Shown piece by piece: positions 17,130 to 31,971 of a DNA stretch of 64,000 nucleotides (position 1 is the stretch's first letter; the number at the start of each line of letters is the position of its first letter). The notes below the pieces were generated by a model. That model was not told the DNA's origin. It searched no databases and saw nothing but the letters and a program-made list of their open reading frames with translations. A program made the translations under genes and the position numbers. Source of the stretch: the human T2T-CHM13v2.0 reference genome, Homo sapiens; the NCBI RefSeq assembly GCF_009914755.1, contig NC_060930.1; one strand, given 5' to 3'.

Positions 17130-17435
17130 ACTACGGGAGGGAACAAAAATATTTTTGTCTTACTCTTCCAGGTTCTCAGGCTGGAGCTTGTAAGTTGGAC
17201 TAACAAATGAGAGATTAACAAAAGAAAAGCATACACATTTATTTAATATGAGCTTTATGTGACACAGAAGCATTCATAGGAAAATTAAGACCTGAAGCAA
17301 CTGTTAAGCCTGAGTGTTTTTAATACTAGGTTTGATGAGGAGTGGAAAGTCAATGAAAAACATGACAGTACAAAGGGATATGACCTAAATATAGTAAACT
17401 GGGGGAACTTAACAAGGTGTGTTTGTTCGAATTCC
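17130..17435 (-). mobile_element. ERV1 LTR fragment (MER4-group)
   Basis: AGATTAACAAAAGAAAAGCATACACATTTATTT...GTGACACAG block, homologous to the LTR at 54260-54880. Confidence 0.55.
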
Positions 17436-17978
17436 TGTTTAAGTGTGTTTTGCCTATACTTCAATTGATTGTTCTTTTTTATTGATTTGTATGAGTTCTT
17501 TATATATTCTTGATAGTACATATCTTGATATGATACAGTTTTTATATATTTGTTCAGCAAATATCTTCTCAATATGTGACTTGCCTTTTTTACCTTCTTC
17601 ATAGTTTCTTTGGATGAACAGAATAGTTTTAAATTTTGAGTAAGTCCAATTTATATTTTATATTATATGTCATATTATATATTTTCTTTTACAGGTAGTG
17701 TTCTTATGTCGTGTTTAAGACATCTTTGTCTACCTCATGGTCATGAAGACATTTTGCTGTGTTTTCTTCCACACATTTTACAGGTTTAGCTTTACATTTA
17801 CATCTATGGTCCATATACAGTTAATTTTTGAGCAGCTAGTCAAGTAGATGTCAAGGTTTATTTGTTTTGTCTTATGAGTATTCAGTTGACCCAATACCCT
17901 AGATTTAAAATATGATCGTCTTTCCAGTGAATTACACTGGAACCTTTGTCATAAATCAGGTGATTGCATATGTGTGGG

Positions 17979-18357
17979 TGATATGGTTTGGATTTGTGTC
18001 CCTGCCCAAATCTCATGTTTGAATTGTAATCTGCAGTGTTGGGGGAGGGGCCTAGTGGATTGGATATGGGGGCCGATTTTCTACTTGCTGTTCTTGTGAT
18101 AGTGGGTGAGTTCTCATGAGACCTGGTTGTTTAAAAGTGTGTAGCACTTCCCCCTTTGCTCTCTTCCTCGTGCTCTAGCCATGTAAGATGTGCCTGCTTC
18201 TCCTTCACCTTCTGCCACGATTGTAAGTTTCCTGAGGCCTCCCCAGCTATGCTTCCTGTACAGCCCGAGGAACCATGAGCCAATTAAACATCTTTTCTGT
18301 ATAAATTACCTAGTTTCAGGTTATTTGTTTATAGCAGTGCAAGAACAGACTAATACA
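17979..18357 (+). mobile_element. MaLR solo LTR (MSTA/THE1D-like)
   Basis: TGATATGGTTTGG...GACTAATACA termini, 5-bp TSD GTGGG at 17974-17978 and 18358-18362. Confidence 0.9.
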
Positions 18358-18652
18358 GTGGGTCTGCTAATTCATTGGCCTTTTTATCTATCCTTGCTCT
18401 GGCATTAGATTCCCAATTATTGTTACTTTATAGTAAGACAGCATCTGGTAGTTTTAAGTTCTCCAATCTCATTTTTTTCCCATATTGTCTCTTTATTTTA
18501 GGTCCTTTTCTTCTCCTTACAAATTAGTCAGCTTGTTCATTTCTACCAAAAAAAAAAAAAAAAAGTCTCTGTGGGGGTTTTGATTGTGAATGCTTTACAT
18601 TTGTGGTTCATTTTAGGGGAGAAATGACATCTTCATATTGAGGTGCTCAATT

Positions 18653-19101
18653 TGTGACAGCTAGTCGTAAGAATTGGTCATTCTTGTCATACCCAACTAA
18701 AATAGAGTTGAGAAACCAGGGGAAAAAGCACTCAGAATACAAAACATTGCTCCAAGAATGTAATTCTCTGCAAGCCTGACAGTTGAAACTGCTTGTTGCA
18801 ATCCAAAACCAGTTTTACCTTTAGGTTCTGAAATAATTTGCTGCAACTCTAGGACTAATTTTGCCTACTACCCTCATTTACAACTCACCAATCCGAGCTT
18901 GCCAGCTCCCCACACACTTACTAGGGTCAACGAACTTTCTCAAAGAGCAATACCTAACATTTCTTTTTTTAAAAATCATCTCATCTTCTCTTTGTTTTTC
19001 AGACATACCAAAGCATGTATACCCTGAACTGCAATTCTTTCTTCCCGAGTAAAACATTAAGTTTAGAGACTCATCTCTACATTTTTATTTTGACTTTGAC
19101 A
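18653..19101 (+). mobile_element. Solo LTR (LTR47-like)
   Basis: TG...CA termini, ~450 bp, interrupts L1 sequence, flanks AATT/AATC. Family name from memory. Confidence 0.6.
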
Positions 19102-19389
19102 AATCCATGAACATGTTTGTCCTTTTATTTATTTAAAGCTTCATTAATTTCTCTGAGAGATGTTTTTGGTTTTTAGTACAGAGGTCTTGTAAATCTTTAA
19201 TTAGATTATTCCTATATATTTGATTTTTTTGATGCTCTTGTTAAATAGTATTTTTTTACATTTTATTTTCCACTTGTTTTTTACTCTACATAAGAATAAT
19301 TGATTTTTTAATATCGCCCTTGCATCTTGCAACCTTGCTAAATTTTCTTATTGATTCACATGGTTTTTGCACTTATTTCTGGTGGGGAT

Positions 19390-19637
19390 GGGGAGACAGA
19401 GTCTTGCTCAATCACTCAGGCTGGAATGCAGTGGTGCAACCTCAAACTCTTGGGCTCAGTGGGTCCTGCCGCCTCAGCCTCCTTAGTAGCTGGGACTACA
19501 GGCTCACACCGCTATGCCCAGCCAAATTTTTTTATTTCTCTTTGTTCCCAGGCTGGCATTGAACTCCTGGGCTCAAGCAGTTCTCCTGCCTTGGCCTCTC
19601 AAAGTACTGGGATTACAGGTGTGAGCCACTGCACCCA
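19390..19637 (-). mobile_element. AluJ (degenerate)
   Basis: Antisense Alu with internal deletions. Confidence 0.85.
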
Positions 19638-19766
19638 ATCATTTTATAAATTATTATAAATACTTTACCTCTTTTTCCTGTAGATTTAAAATTGATCTGT
19701 GTATACAGTCATGTCATTTTCAAATAATAATAATTTTATTTCTTGTTTTCCCATCTCAATACTCGT

Positions 19767-20058
19767 CTTTTTTCTTTTAGATGGACTCTTGCTCTGTCCC
19801 CCAGGGTGGAGTGCAATGGTGCGATCTTGGCTCACTGCCACCTCCACCTCCTGGGTTCAAGTGATCTCCTGCCCCAGCCTTCCGAGTAGCTGGGATTACA
19901 GGTGCCCACCACCACGCTTGGCTAATTTTTGTATTTTTAGTAGAGATGGGGTTTCACCATGTTGGCCAGGCTGATCTTGAACTCCTGACCTCAAGTGATC
20001 TGCCTACCTCGGCTTCCCAAAGTGCTGGGATTACAGGCATGAGCCACTGTTCCCGGCC
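19767..20058 (-). mobile_element. AluS
   Basis: Antisense Alu dimer. Confidence 0.92.
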
Positions 20059-20539
20059 ATCAATATTCTTCTATTTTTTTAAATTTTCTTTTTTGATTCA
20101 CTAGCTTGTTGACTAGAAGTGATGATAGTGGGCATCTTTCTCTTGCTCGCAACTCGGGGAAAATGTTTAATAACTCATCATTAAGCATGATATTAGCTAC
20201 AGAGTTTTTATAAATATGTCAAATTATGGCAATTCTCTTTCATTCCTAGTTTGCTGATAGTTTTTATTATGAACAAATGTTTTATCAAATGCCTTTTCTG
20301 CATGGATGGAGATGACCTTACGGTACTTGGCTTTATTCTGTTAATGTGGTAAATTGTGTTTTTATCCAGATATAAAGCCTGATTTATAAGATTTGTTGAG
20401 AAGCCTTTCATCTTTTTTCTATTCCTTGGAAGAGTTTTTGAAAGATTTGTATTTTTTTTTTTTTTTTACCTTAAACGTTTGGAAGAGTCTACCAGTGCAG
20501 CCACTTGGCCTGTAGTTTTTCTTTGTAGAAAGGTTTTAA

Positions 20540-20893
<354 letters not shown>

Positions 20894-21239
20894 ACTACCT
20901 AGATTTTCTTTTCTTCCCATGTCAACCTTTGCAAGTTGTGTTTTTCAGGGAATTTGTGTATTTCATATAAATTTTCAAGGCTGTCACCATTAAAGAGTCC
21001 ATAATAGCCTCACATTTTCTTCATACTTTCTATATGATCTGCAGTCGTGTTCCTGCCTTCTGTCCTTATATTGGAAATTTGTGTTTTCTCTGTCTTGATT
21101 AATCTTGCTAGGGATATATTTATTTTATCTTCAATTTTGTTGATTCTTTTTTTCTGTATTTTATTTCTGCTTTCTATTTCTTGATTTCTGCTCTTGAGTA
21201 TTTCCTTCCACCCAATTTCCTGGTGATTAATTTGTTCTT

Positions 21240-21538
21240 TTTTTATTTTTGCTTTTTTGAGACAGAGTATCTCTCTGTCAGAGTAGGGCAGTGATGCAAT
21301 CTCGGCTTACTGCAACCTCCACCTCTTGGTTGAAGTGATTCTCCTGCTTCAGCTTCCCAAGAAGCTGGGATTGATTATAGGTGTGCACCACCATGGCTGA
21401 CTAATTTTTGTAATTTTAGTAGAGCCAGGGTTGTGCCATGTTGACCAGGCTAGTCTCAATCTCTTGGCCTCAAGCAGTCCGCCCACCTTGGCCTCCCAAA
21501 GTGCTGGGATTACAGGCGTGAGCCACCATGCCTGGTCC
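21240..21538 (-). mobile_element. AluJ/S
   Basis: Antisense Alu dimer, diverged. Confidence 0.87.
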
Positions 21539-21559
21539 CACTAATTTGTGCTTTCTTAG

Positions 21560-21912
<353 letters not shown>

Positions 21913-22571
21913 GTGAAATGAAATTTTAGGTTATTGATTTTAAACGCTTCTTTTCTGTAAATGCATTTAAAGCTATTCATTTCCATCGGAGACTACTTTA
22001 ACCACATTTCTCATAGATTGATATGTTGTGTTTTCATTACCATTCAGTGAAAAATACATTTTAATTTTCATTGTGATTTCTTCTTTGGCTCATGGGCTAT
22101 TTTGAAAGTATGTTGCTGAATTTCTAAATATTTGGAATTTTCCTAGTTACTTTTCTGTAATTGAGCCACATTTAATTCCATAATGATTAGATAATATATT
22201 CTGTATTATTTTAATCCTTTCAGGATTTGTTAAGATCTAGTATGTGGCTCAGAATGTGGTCATAGTATGTGCATTTGAAAAGAATGTATATTCTGCAGTT
22301 CTGCAGGCATAGCGTTTTACATATATTTATTAGGTTAAGCTAGTTAGTCATATTCAAATCTATATCCTTACTGATTTTTTTGTTTGCTTTTTCTGTCTAA
22401 GAGAATCTGATAATAATATGGTTTATACTGGCTGTCTTTGGATGAGTGTTTCACCTGGTATAATTTTATTATCCTTTTGAATTTAACTTTTCTGTTACCT
22501 TATGTTTAGTGTGCCTCTTGTAAATGTCGTATATATTAGTCTTCATTATTTATTTTGAAAATTTTAGTCTT

Positions 22572-24042
22572 GTTTTTTATTTTTTATTTTTTTTTTTTTA
22601 TTGATCATTCTTGGGTGTTTCTCGCAGAGGGGGATTTGGCAGGGTCATAGGACAATAGTGGAGGGAAGGTCAGCAGATAAACAAGTGAACAAAGGTCTCT
22701 GGTTTTCCTAGGCAGAGGACCCTGCGCCTTCTGCAGTGTTTGTGTCCCTGGGTACTTGAGATTAGGGAGTGGTGATGACTCTTAACGAGCATGCTGCCTT
22801 CAAGCATCTGTTTAACAAAGCGCATCTTGCACCGCCCTTAATCCATTTAACCCTGAGTGGACACAGCACATGTTTCAGAGAGCACCGGGTTGGGGGTAAG
22901 GTCATAGATTAACAGCATCCCAAGGCAGAATAATTTTTCTTAGTACAGAACAAAATGGAGTCTCCTATGTCTCCTTCTTTCTACACAGACACAGCAACAA
23001 TCTGATTTCTCTATCTTTTCCCCACATTTCCCCGTTTTCTATTCGACAAAACTGCCATCGTCATCATGGCCCGTTCTCAATGAGCTGTTGGGTACACCTC
23101 CCAGACGGGGTGGCGGCGGGCAGAGGGGCTCCTCACTTCCCAGAAGGGGCGGCCGGGCAGAGGCGCCCCCCACCTCCCGGACAGGGCGGCGGCCAGGCGG
23201 AGACGCCCCCCACCTCCCTCCCAGACGGGGTGGCTGGCCGGGCGGGGGCTGCCCCCTGCCTCCCTCCCGGACGGGGTGGCTGCCGGGTGGAGGGGCGCCT
23301 CACTTCTCGGACGGGGCGGCTGCCGCGCGGAGGGGCTCCTCACCTCTCAGAGTGGGCGGCCGGGCAGAGACGCTCCTCACCTCCCAGACGGGGTCGCGGC
23401 CGGGCAGAGGCGCTCCTCACATCCCAGACGGGGCGGCGGGGCAGAGGTGATCCCCACATCTCAGACGATGGGCGGCTGGGCAGAGACGCTCCTCGCTTCC
23501 TAGACGGGATGGCGGCCGGGAAGAGGCGCTCCTCACTTCCCAGACTGGGCAGCCGGGCAGAGGGCCTCCTCACATCCCAGAAGATGGGCGGCCGGGCAGA
23601 GACGCTCCTCACTTCCCAGATGGGGTGGTGGCCGGGCAGAGGCTGCAATCTCGGCACTTTGGGAGGCCAAGGCAGGCGGCTGGGAGGTGGAGGTTGTAGC
23701 GAGCCGAGATCACGCCACTGCACTCCAGCCTGGGCAACATTGAGCACTGAGTGAACGAGACTCCGTCTGCAATCCCGGCACCCCAGGAGGCCGAGGCTGG
23801 CAGATCACTCGCGGTTAGGAGCTGGAGACCAGCCCGGCCAACACAGCGAAACCCCGTCTCCACCAAAAAAATACGAAAACAGTCGGGGTGGCGGCGTGCG
23901 CCTGCAATCGCAGGCACTCGCAGGCTGAGGCAGGAGAATCAGGCAGGGAGGTTGCAGTGAGCGGAGATGGCAGCAGTACAGTCCAGCTTTGGCTCGGCAT
24001 CAGAGGGAGACCGTGGAAAGAGGGAGGGGGAGGGGGAGGGAG
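22572..24042 (-). mobile_element. Full-length SVA retrotransposon, probably an older subfamily (SVA_A-C type)
   Basis: On + strand: poly(T), TTTATTGATCATTCTTGGGTGTTTCTCGCAGAGG (SINE-R end), GC-rich VNTR ~23090-23640, Alu-like domain ~23640-24015, hexamer-type GGGAGG repeats 24021-24042. TSD AATTTTAGTCTT at 22560-22571 and 24043-24054. Confidence 0.96.
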
Positions 24043-24086
24043 AATTTTAGTCTTTTAATTGGAGTCTTTAATCTGTTCACATCTTG

Positions 24087-24372
24087 TTTTTTTTTTTTGA
24101 GATGGAGTTTTGCTCTTGTTGCCCAGGTTGGAGTTCATGCGATCTCGGCTCACCGTAACCTCCGCCTTTGGGTTCAAGTGATTCTCCTGCCTCAGCCTCC
24201 CAAGTAGCTGGGATTACAGGCATGCATCACCACACCTGGCTAATTTTGTATTTTTAGTAGAGACAGGGTTTTTCCATGTTGGTCAGGCTGGAAGTGCAGT
24301 GACCTCAGGTGATCCGCCCACCTTGGCCTCCCAAAGTGCTGGGATTACAGGCATGAGCCACTGCGCCTGGCC
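24087..24372 (-). mobile_element. AluSq/Sp-like
   Basis: GGAGTTTTGCTCTTGTTGCCCAGG start, antisense dimer. Confidence 0.9.
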
Positions 24373-24499
24373 TCATTTACATCTTATGTAACAATTAATA
24401 TTACTTGGTTTAGGTCTGCAACCTTGCTATTTGTTTTCAAGTTGTTTTTTCTGTTATTTGTCATTATTCCTTCTTGCTTGCTTTTGGATTAAGTTTCTG

Positions 24500-24500
<1 letters not shown>

Positions 24501-24530
<30 letters not shown>
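24501..24530. repeat. (TG)15 microsatellite
   Basis: Directly visible. Confidence 0.98.
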
Positions 24531-24897
<367 letters not shown>

Positions 24898-25206
24898 TAG
24901 TGGTGACACTGGAGGTTACAGTGTGCGTCCTCAATTTATTTCAGACAACTTTGAATTATTACTTTTTTACTCTCCCAAGAATCTCATGGTGTCTCTTGAG
25001 TTGTTTCTTTTAATATAGTTGAATTTATCAACCTTCATACATGATTTTTGCCTTTTGTATTTTGTTTCAGAATTATTTTCTTACTCTGAGATTATTAAAC
25101 TGTTTTTTTATCTTATTTTTAAAGCTTTAAAATATTTTCTTTAACATTTAAAAGTCCCTGAAGTTATGTGTTTATATTAATATTATTAAGACTAGTTTTG
25201 CTGTTG

Positions 25207-25503
25207 GGGCCCAGCATGGTGACTCATGTAATCCCAGCACTTAGGAAGACTGAGGTGGGAGGATCACATGAGGCGAGTTCAGGACCAGCCTGTGCAACAT
25301 AGCAAGACCCTGTTTCTACCAAAATAAAAAATAAAAATTAGCTGGGCATGGTGGAGAGGACCTGTAGTCTGAGCTACTTGGGAGGCTGAGGCAGGAGATC
25401 ACTTGAGCTCAGGATTTCGACTGTAGTGAGCTGTGATCACACCACTGCATTCCAGCCTTGGTGGCAGAACAAGACCCTTTCTCAAAAAAACAAAACAAAA
25501 CAA
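25207..25503 (+). mobile_element. AluJ
   Basis: Sense Alu dimer, diverged. Confidence 0.88.
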
Positions 25504-25510
25504 GATTTTA

Positions 25511-25869
<359 letters not shown>

Positions 25870-26020
25870 GTTAAGACCCTTAATTTTGTGAGCGTCAGTA
25901 CAAATAATAATTCCAAAAGCAATAAACCAATCATCTTAGAAAGTTACTTTTTCTTAAATAGTATTGAGCAGAAAATATTTATCTCTAAAGGTATCATTAA
26001 ACTATACCAGTTCTTGATAA

Positions 26021-26321
<301 letters not shown>

Positions 26322-26399
26322 GATAAAAACATTTTTTAACTTTTAACGATACTTTTAAGTGAAGATCTGTGGCAAAATAAAATTGTTTTACTAAGAATT

Positions 26400-27660
26400 A
26401 GCAAATCAGTTATTTAACTTATCCATTCAATTTTGTTTTCTGCCAGGCATTGTGTTAGATATTTAGGATATAAAAATGGATTCAGTCATGGGCTCTGTCT
26501 TCAAGGACCTTGTGGTTTGGAATAGGAGAGAAAGCTATAAATCGTTCATAAAAGTGACATAGATCCTGTTGGGAAAATTTGTATATTGGAATCCCAAAAG
26601 GGGAGGTTTTTCATTTGTCAGGGTGTTAAAAATATTATGTAAGAGTCGATTATTAATTTGAGCCTTGTAAGAGAAGGGTCTTTGTCAGGCAGTAATTCTC
26701 AACAGAGAAGGCATTACATTCAGAGCCAGGCATTTTTAGAACATTTTAAATAGTTAAGTGTGGGCAAAGGATGAGAGGACGGTGTGAGACAGTTGGTTGA
26801 AGAGGTAAGAGGGATGGAAAGGTTGGCCTTAAACTTATTGAAAGGTCGGCTTTAAACTGATTCACACGGGGAGCCTTTGAAGGATTTTAAGCAGACAAGT
26901 AATTTGAACAGATTTTCACTATAAGTGGTTCTTGCTGTATTGCAGACTGAGTTATCCCTAACTGGAAAATCTCAAATCCAAAATCTTCCAAGATCCAAAA
27001 ATTTTTGAGCACCAACTTACTGTCCAAAGGAAATACTCACTGGAGCATTTTGGATTTTGGGGATTAGGGATGCTCAGCTGGTAAGTATAATGCATATATT
27101 TCAAAATCCCAGAAATGTCCAAAATCTCAAACACTTCTGGTTCCAAGCATTTTGGATAAGGGATACTCAGCCTGTGTATTGAGGATGCATTTAAGGAAGG
27201 TAAGAGAACTGCATTTCTAGGAAAAGGGTAAAGGAGGCCTTAACCAAAGCAGTAACACTGGAGACAAACAGGAACATTAGAGATTTAAGGAGAGTATACT
27301 TAGGATTTGGTAGACTATTGGTTGTAGAGGGTGAGAGAGGAGGCAAGCATACGAGTGACTTATTACATTTCTAGCTTGAGTTGATTGAGTGGATCGGAGA
27401 GACAGAAGCATGAGAATTATAGTGAAGGAGAGGGATCCTCAGATTTGGGGGGGCCAGATATAAAATCTGTTTTAGAAATGTAAGTATGCAGGCCCTGTGA
27501 CCATCCAGTTGGATATATTCATGTGGGTCTGAGAACTCAAGTCTAGGTTCTAGTTATAGATATGGGAATCATCAGATTTAAGTGGTAGTGAAATAGAAAA
27601 TGTAGAGTGGGAAGAAAAGAATCCAGGAATAGAACTTAGCAAAGTACCAGTAAATAAGAG
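26400..27660 (-). mobile_element. L2 remnant interrupted by a MITE
   Basis: TGCCAGGCATTGTGTTAG and GAAGGATTTTAAGCAG L2-like phrases. Confidence 0.6.
26943..27174. mobile_element. Tigger4a/MER46-like TcMar MITE
   Basis: Terminal inverted repeats CAGACTGAGTTATCCCTA / TAAGGGATACTCAGCCTG, ~230 bp. Confidence 0.8.
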
Positions 27661-28021
27661 GGATTAGTGACATACTTTCTTCATAGTGATAGAAAGATAT
27701 AAATGTTTAGATCCACAAGAAGCATATCTTCTGTTTCGGAAGTAGAAGGCAAATATATATGTGCGTTTAATGGAAACATTTTTACTCAACAGCATGTAAA
27801 TAAATACATGTAATAAGAACTGTAAAAACATGATGAACTAAATATAAACTAAACTAAAAAAAATAGCTAAAGCCAAACTAAAAGTAGCTTGGGCTTATAT
27901 AATGAAGGGAAACTTCTTAGATAACTATGTCTTCTGAGTAAGGTTTAAAAAATATTTAAAAATTATTTTAAAATTATATACTTTATATATATATATATAA
28001 AATACACATATATACATACCC

Positions 28022-28510
28022 CACTAGAAACACATGTGAATCAAACAAAATCAGGTTTATAATTTGCAGCAGTGTGAGACACGGCACATCATGTGGAATC
28101 TTGTAGCATCTCAATAAGAGGGCGTTAAAAAGGACTTATGGGACTTGAGTTTATGTTAGGGGATTTGCAGAGGGTTAAGGAAGCAGGGATTTGCTCTGGA
28201 TTGGATGCCATCAGAAAGCAGGAGTCATTCTGTGGTTGGGTATCTTAACAATTCTTACCTAGAAAGAGGAATATAGCAGGGCTAAAACTAGAAATTGTTA
28301 AACAACTTTATTAGCCAGAAGAGGGGAGTGTTTGATCATTTCTGGTTTGGACAGTGTTCTTGTTTTTGTCTCTGTTCAGATAAGGTCACAGAATGTTCTT
28401 GTCTGATGTTAGTGTTCTCTGAAATTGTTTATGTTCAACAGAACACTCTTGGCCTAACAGATAGTGCCAAGACAGCTCCTGACTGTGAAGGGCTGCTTCT
28501 GTCTTTCTCA
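28022..28510 (-). mobile_element. Old ERVL-type solo LTR (family uncertain)
   Basis: ~490 bp with LTR-like composition ending ...TCTTTCTCA. Confidence 0.45.
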
Positions 28511-28850
28511 GTATATAACAGTGATAAGTGAAGAGAAGAATTTAGCAAAGGCTTAGAGGCAGAGACAAATGTTGGGTGTTGTTAGGAAGTGCTCTAGTAA
28601 GTCTGTATTGGGAATACACTAAGGACAGTAATTAAGGAGGTGTAGAGGGGTAGTAAAGTAAGGAAAAACCAGGTCGTATATGGTTTTAATTGATAAACTT
28701 TGGAATATCCTTCATGTAGATTCCTTAACCAGGTTGTGGTATGATGAAAATAGTGTTTGTGGACAAAACTCCCCCTTAATTGTTTAATGAACATTTTACC
28801 TTGCCTATAAGTCTATTTCAAATAACTTTATTTTTCTTAAAAATGTTTGT

Positions 28851-29005
28851 CCAAGCCAGGTAAGGGGGCATGCACCCGTGGTCCCAGCTACTTGGGGGAA
28901 GCTAAGGTAGGAAGATCACTTCACCCCAGGAGTTTGAGGCTGCGTGAGCTAGGAATGAGCTATTGCACTCCAGCCTGGGTGACAGAGTGAAACCTTGGTT
29001 TTTAA
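28851..29005 (+). mobile_element. Alu right-arm monomer (FRAM/AluJ)
   Basis: Single Alu arm. Confidence 0.8.
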
Positions 29006-29017
29006 AAGGAAAAGAAA

Positions 29018-29357
<340 letters not shown>

Positions 29358-31164
29358 TTATAATTTTAATTTTATTGTTATGATATATAAATATTGTGAT
29401 TTATATAGTATTTCGTATATATAGATAAGATGGAGTGAAAGGAAGAAAAGAATAAAAAATTTGAACCTTGATGATGACGAAATTGAACTGTATCTATATG
29501 TATAGTTTCTCAGTTGCCCAATATAATATAGTACCAACAAAAATATGTAACACCCGCCCCCCCCCGCCACACACACACGTTATTTCTATGAGATAGCCTG
29601 AAAGTTGCAATATAGACCTGACTGCTAAAATGATAAAATGTTTTCAGGTTGAGAGGTTTGACATTTGGTGATGATGATAGAGAATAATGATGGTAGAATT
29701 TCTAATGGTAAGAAGCTCATACTTGTACTGAAATCAGAATTTATAATCTGCACATGGCCGGGTTCATATCCCATAAAAATTAGTCTTAGCACATTAGCTA
29801 AGGCTGACACTTCCGGGTTTATATGCCTAGCATCCCCATTAGTGTTGGTGTCACTCATGGGAAGCAGCAGTAGCCTTTTTTCCTTAATTTATTCCCTTGT
29901 GCCTTTTTGATGAGCTTGTCTTCTTCTACATGCTTTTGAAAAGACTGTCTTATTTATATACAATAATAAACTGAGGAAAAAAAGGTTTCATTATTGGAAA
30001 AGCCTTATTGTTGAAAGATTGTTTTAAACCCTTTTATGCTGTAAAATTAAGTCCTTTTGTTATCCATTTAACTTGTTTTAGTCATAATTAGAATAGTTTT
30101 AGCTAAAATGTGTAATACTGATCAAACCATACAATAACAGAATATTAAAATAAACATACCTAATTCAAGACCCATGTTTTTAAGAAGTGTTTCATGTTAT
30201 AAGACCCCACAAGGTTAAAACCAAGAAATAATTGAAGTTCATTGCAGTAAAATTTAACCTATTATGTAATTGAAGTCCTGTGACTATATTTTATTCATAA
30301 AGCATAAAGTTCAACTAAAAGAGGGATGTAAATCTGTTAACATTTTATTATCATTTTGTTTAGATTTTTCAGTGTTAAACAGAACATACTTAACAATGAG
30401 CTTATTCCAAAATAATTTAGGATTAGCTGGTTTAATTTTATTCTTTGTATAATAGTTTATTGTTAAAATATAGACAATAATAATTTGTGATTTTAAAATT
30501 TGTTTACCTTCACCATTTATATTTAACTACTTTTTTCTCTCCGTACTTGCCAGCTGTGTCATGTTACAACTGCCTATATAAAAAATTAATTTCTTCTTGT
30601 CCATTCATTTCCTCTTAGAATCCAGTATCATTTATCATTCACTGATGTTGACATTTAAAGTCATTTTTATATTTAGATAACCTATTATTTATAAAAGTAA
30701 TGATGGCCATTTAATGAGTGAAATATTTTATTCCAAATATATTTTAATGTCATCAAGACAGTTTACTTACACATTGGGGTCTAAAATATTTAACTAAAGT
30801 GAGTAAATTATGTATAAATTAAGTATGTATGTACGGTAAACCAGGTAATTTTTTGGGTATTGTGCATGACTAAGGATCTTTGTCATTTTAACTATATTTT
30901 TATTACTAGACTTAAATAGCTTGTAGAAACTTCTTAAGTAATTGAAAGGCCAATTGCAAAGTAAGAAAATGATTTATAATGTACAGACAAAAGATTTAAA
31001 ATCCTTGCAGTATATAGAACTTTTGAGAATTAGAAAAAACAAGCATCGTTATCGAAAATGGGCAAAGGACAGGAATATGGAAATTCATGAAGATATAAAT
31101 ATAGAAATTAAAGAACTGAAATTTGAAAGCAACATTTAGTAGATGAAAGTTTGGCAATGTTATT

Positions 31165-31452
31165 ATTTTATTTATTTATTTATTTTTTGAGGTGGGGGCT
31201 AGAGTTCAGTGGCATGCTCATAGCTCATTGCAACCTTGAACTCTAAGGCTCAAGAGATCCTCCTACCTCACCCTCCAGAGCAGCTGGGACTATAGGCCTT
31301 TGACACCACTTCCAACTGATTTTGTGTTTTTTGTAGAGATGGGATCTTGCTATGATTCCCAGGCTGGTCTTGAACTCCTGGCCTCAAGCAGTCATCCCAC
31401 CTCAGTCTCCTAAAATGTTGGGATTCCAGGCATAACCCACCTAACCCAGCCT
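31165..31452 (-). mobile_element. AluJ
   Basis: Antisense diverged Alu. Confidence 0.85.
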
Positions 31453-31688
31453 GTTTTAATGATAATACCTAATACTAGCAAGGTTGCAGAGAAATAATTT
31501 GTAATGTATATCAAAAGCATGTAAATTAGAATGGATATGCACAAAGATATTTATTATAGCACTTACAACAAAGAATTAGAAACATGTTCATCATTAGGTG
31601 ATTAAATCATGAACATCAATGTAATGGCATGTATATTGTGTAGCCAATTTAAGTTATTTGTTTGTTTTACCCTGTCTTATGGTGCTGA

Positions 31689-31971
<283 letters not shown>

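Noticed and set aside
23077-24207. Longest ORFs in the track (up to 224 aa)
   Set aside because: They lie within the GC-rich SVA VNTR/Alu-like domain and are open because stop codons are scarce. Not genes.
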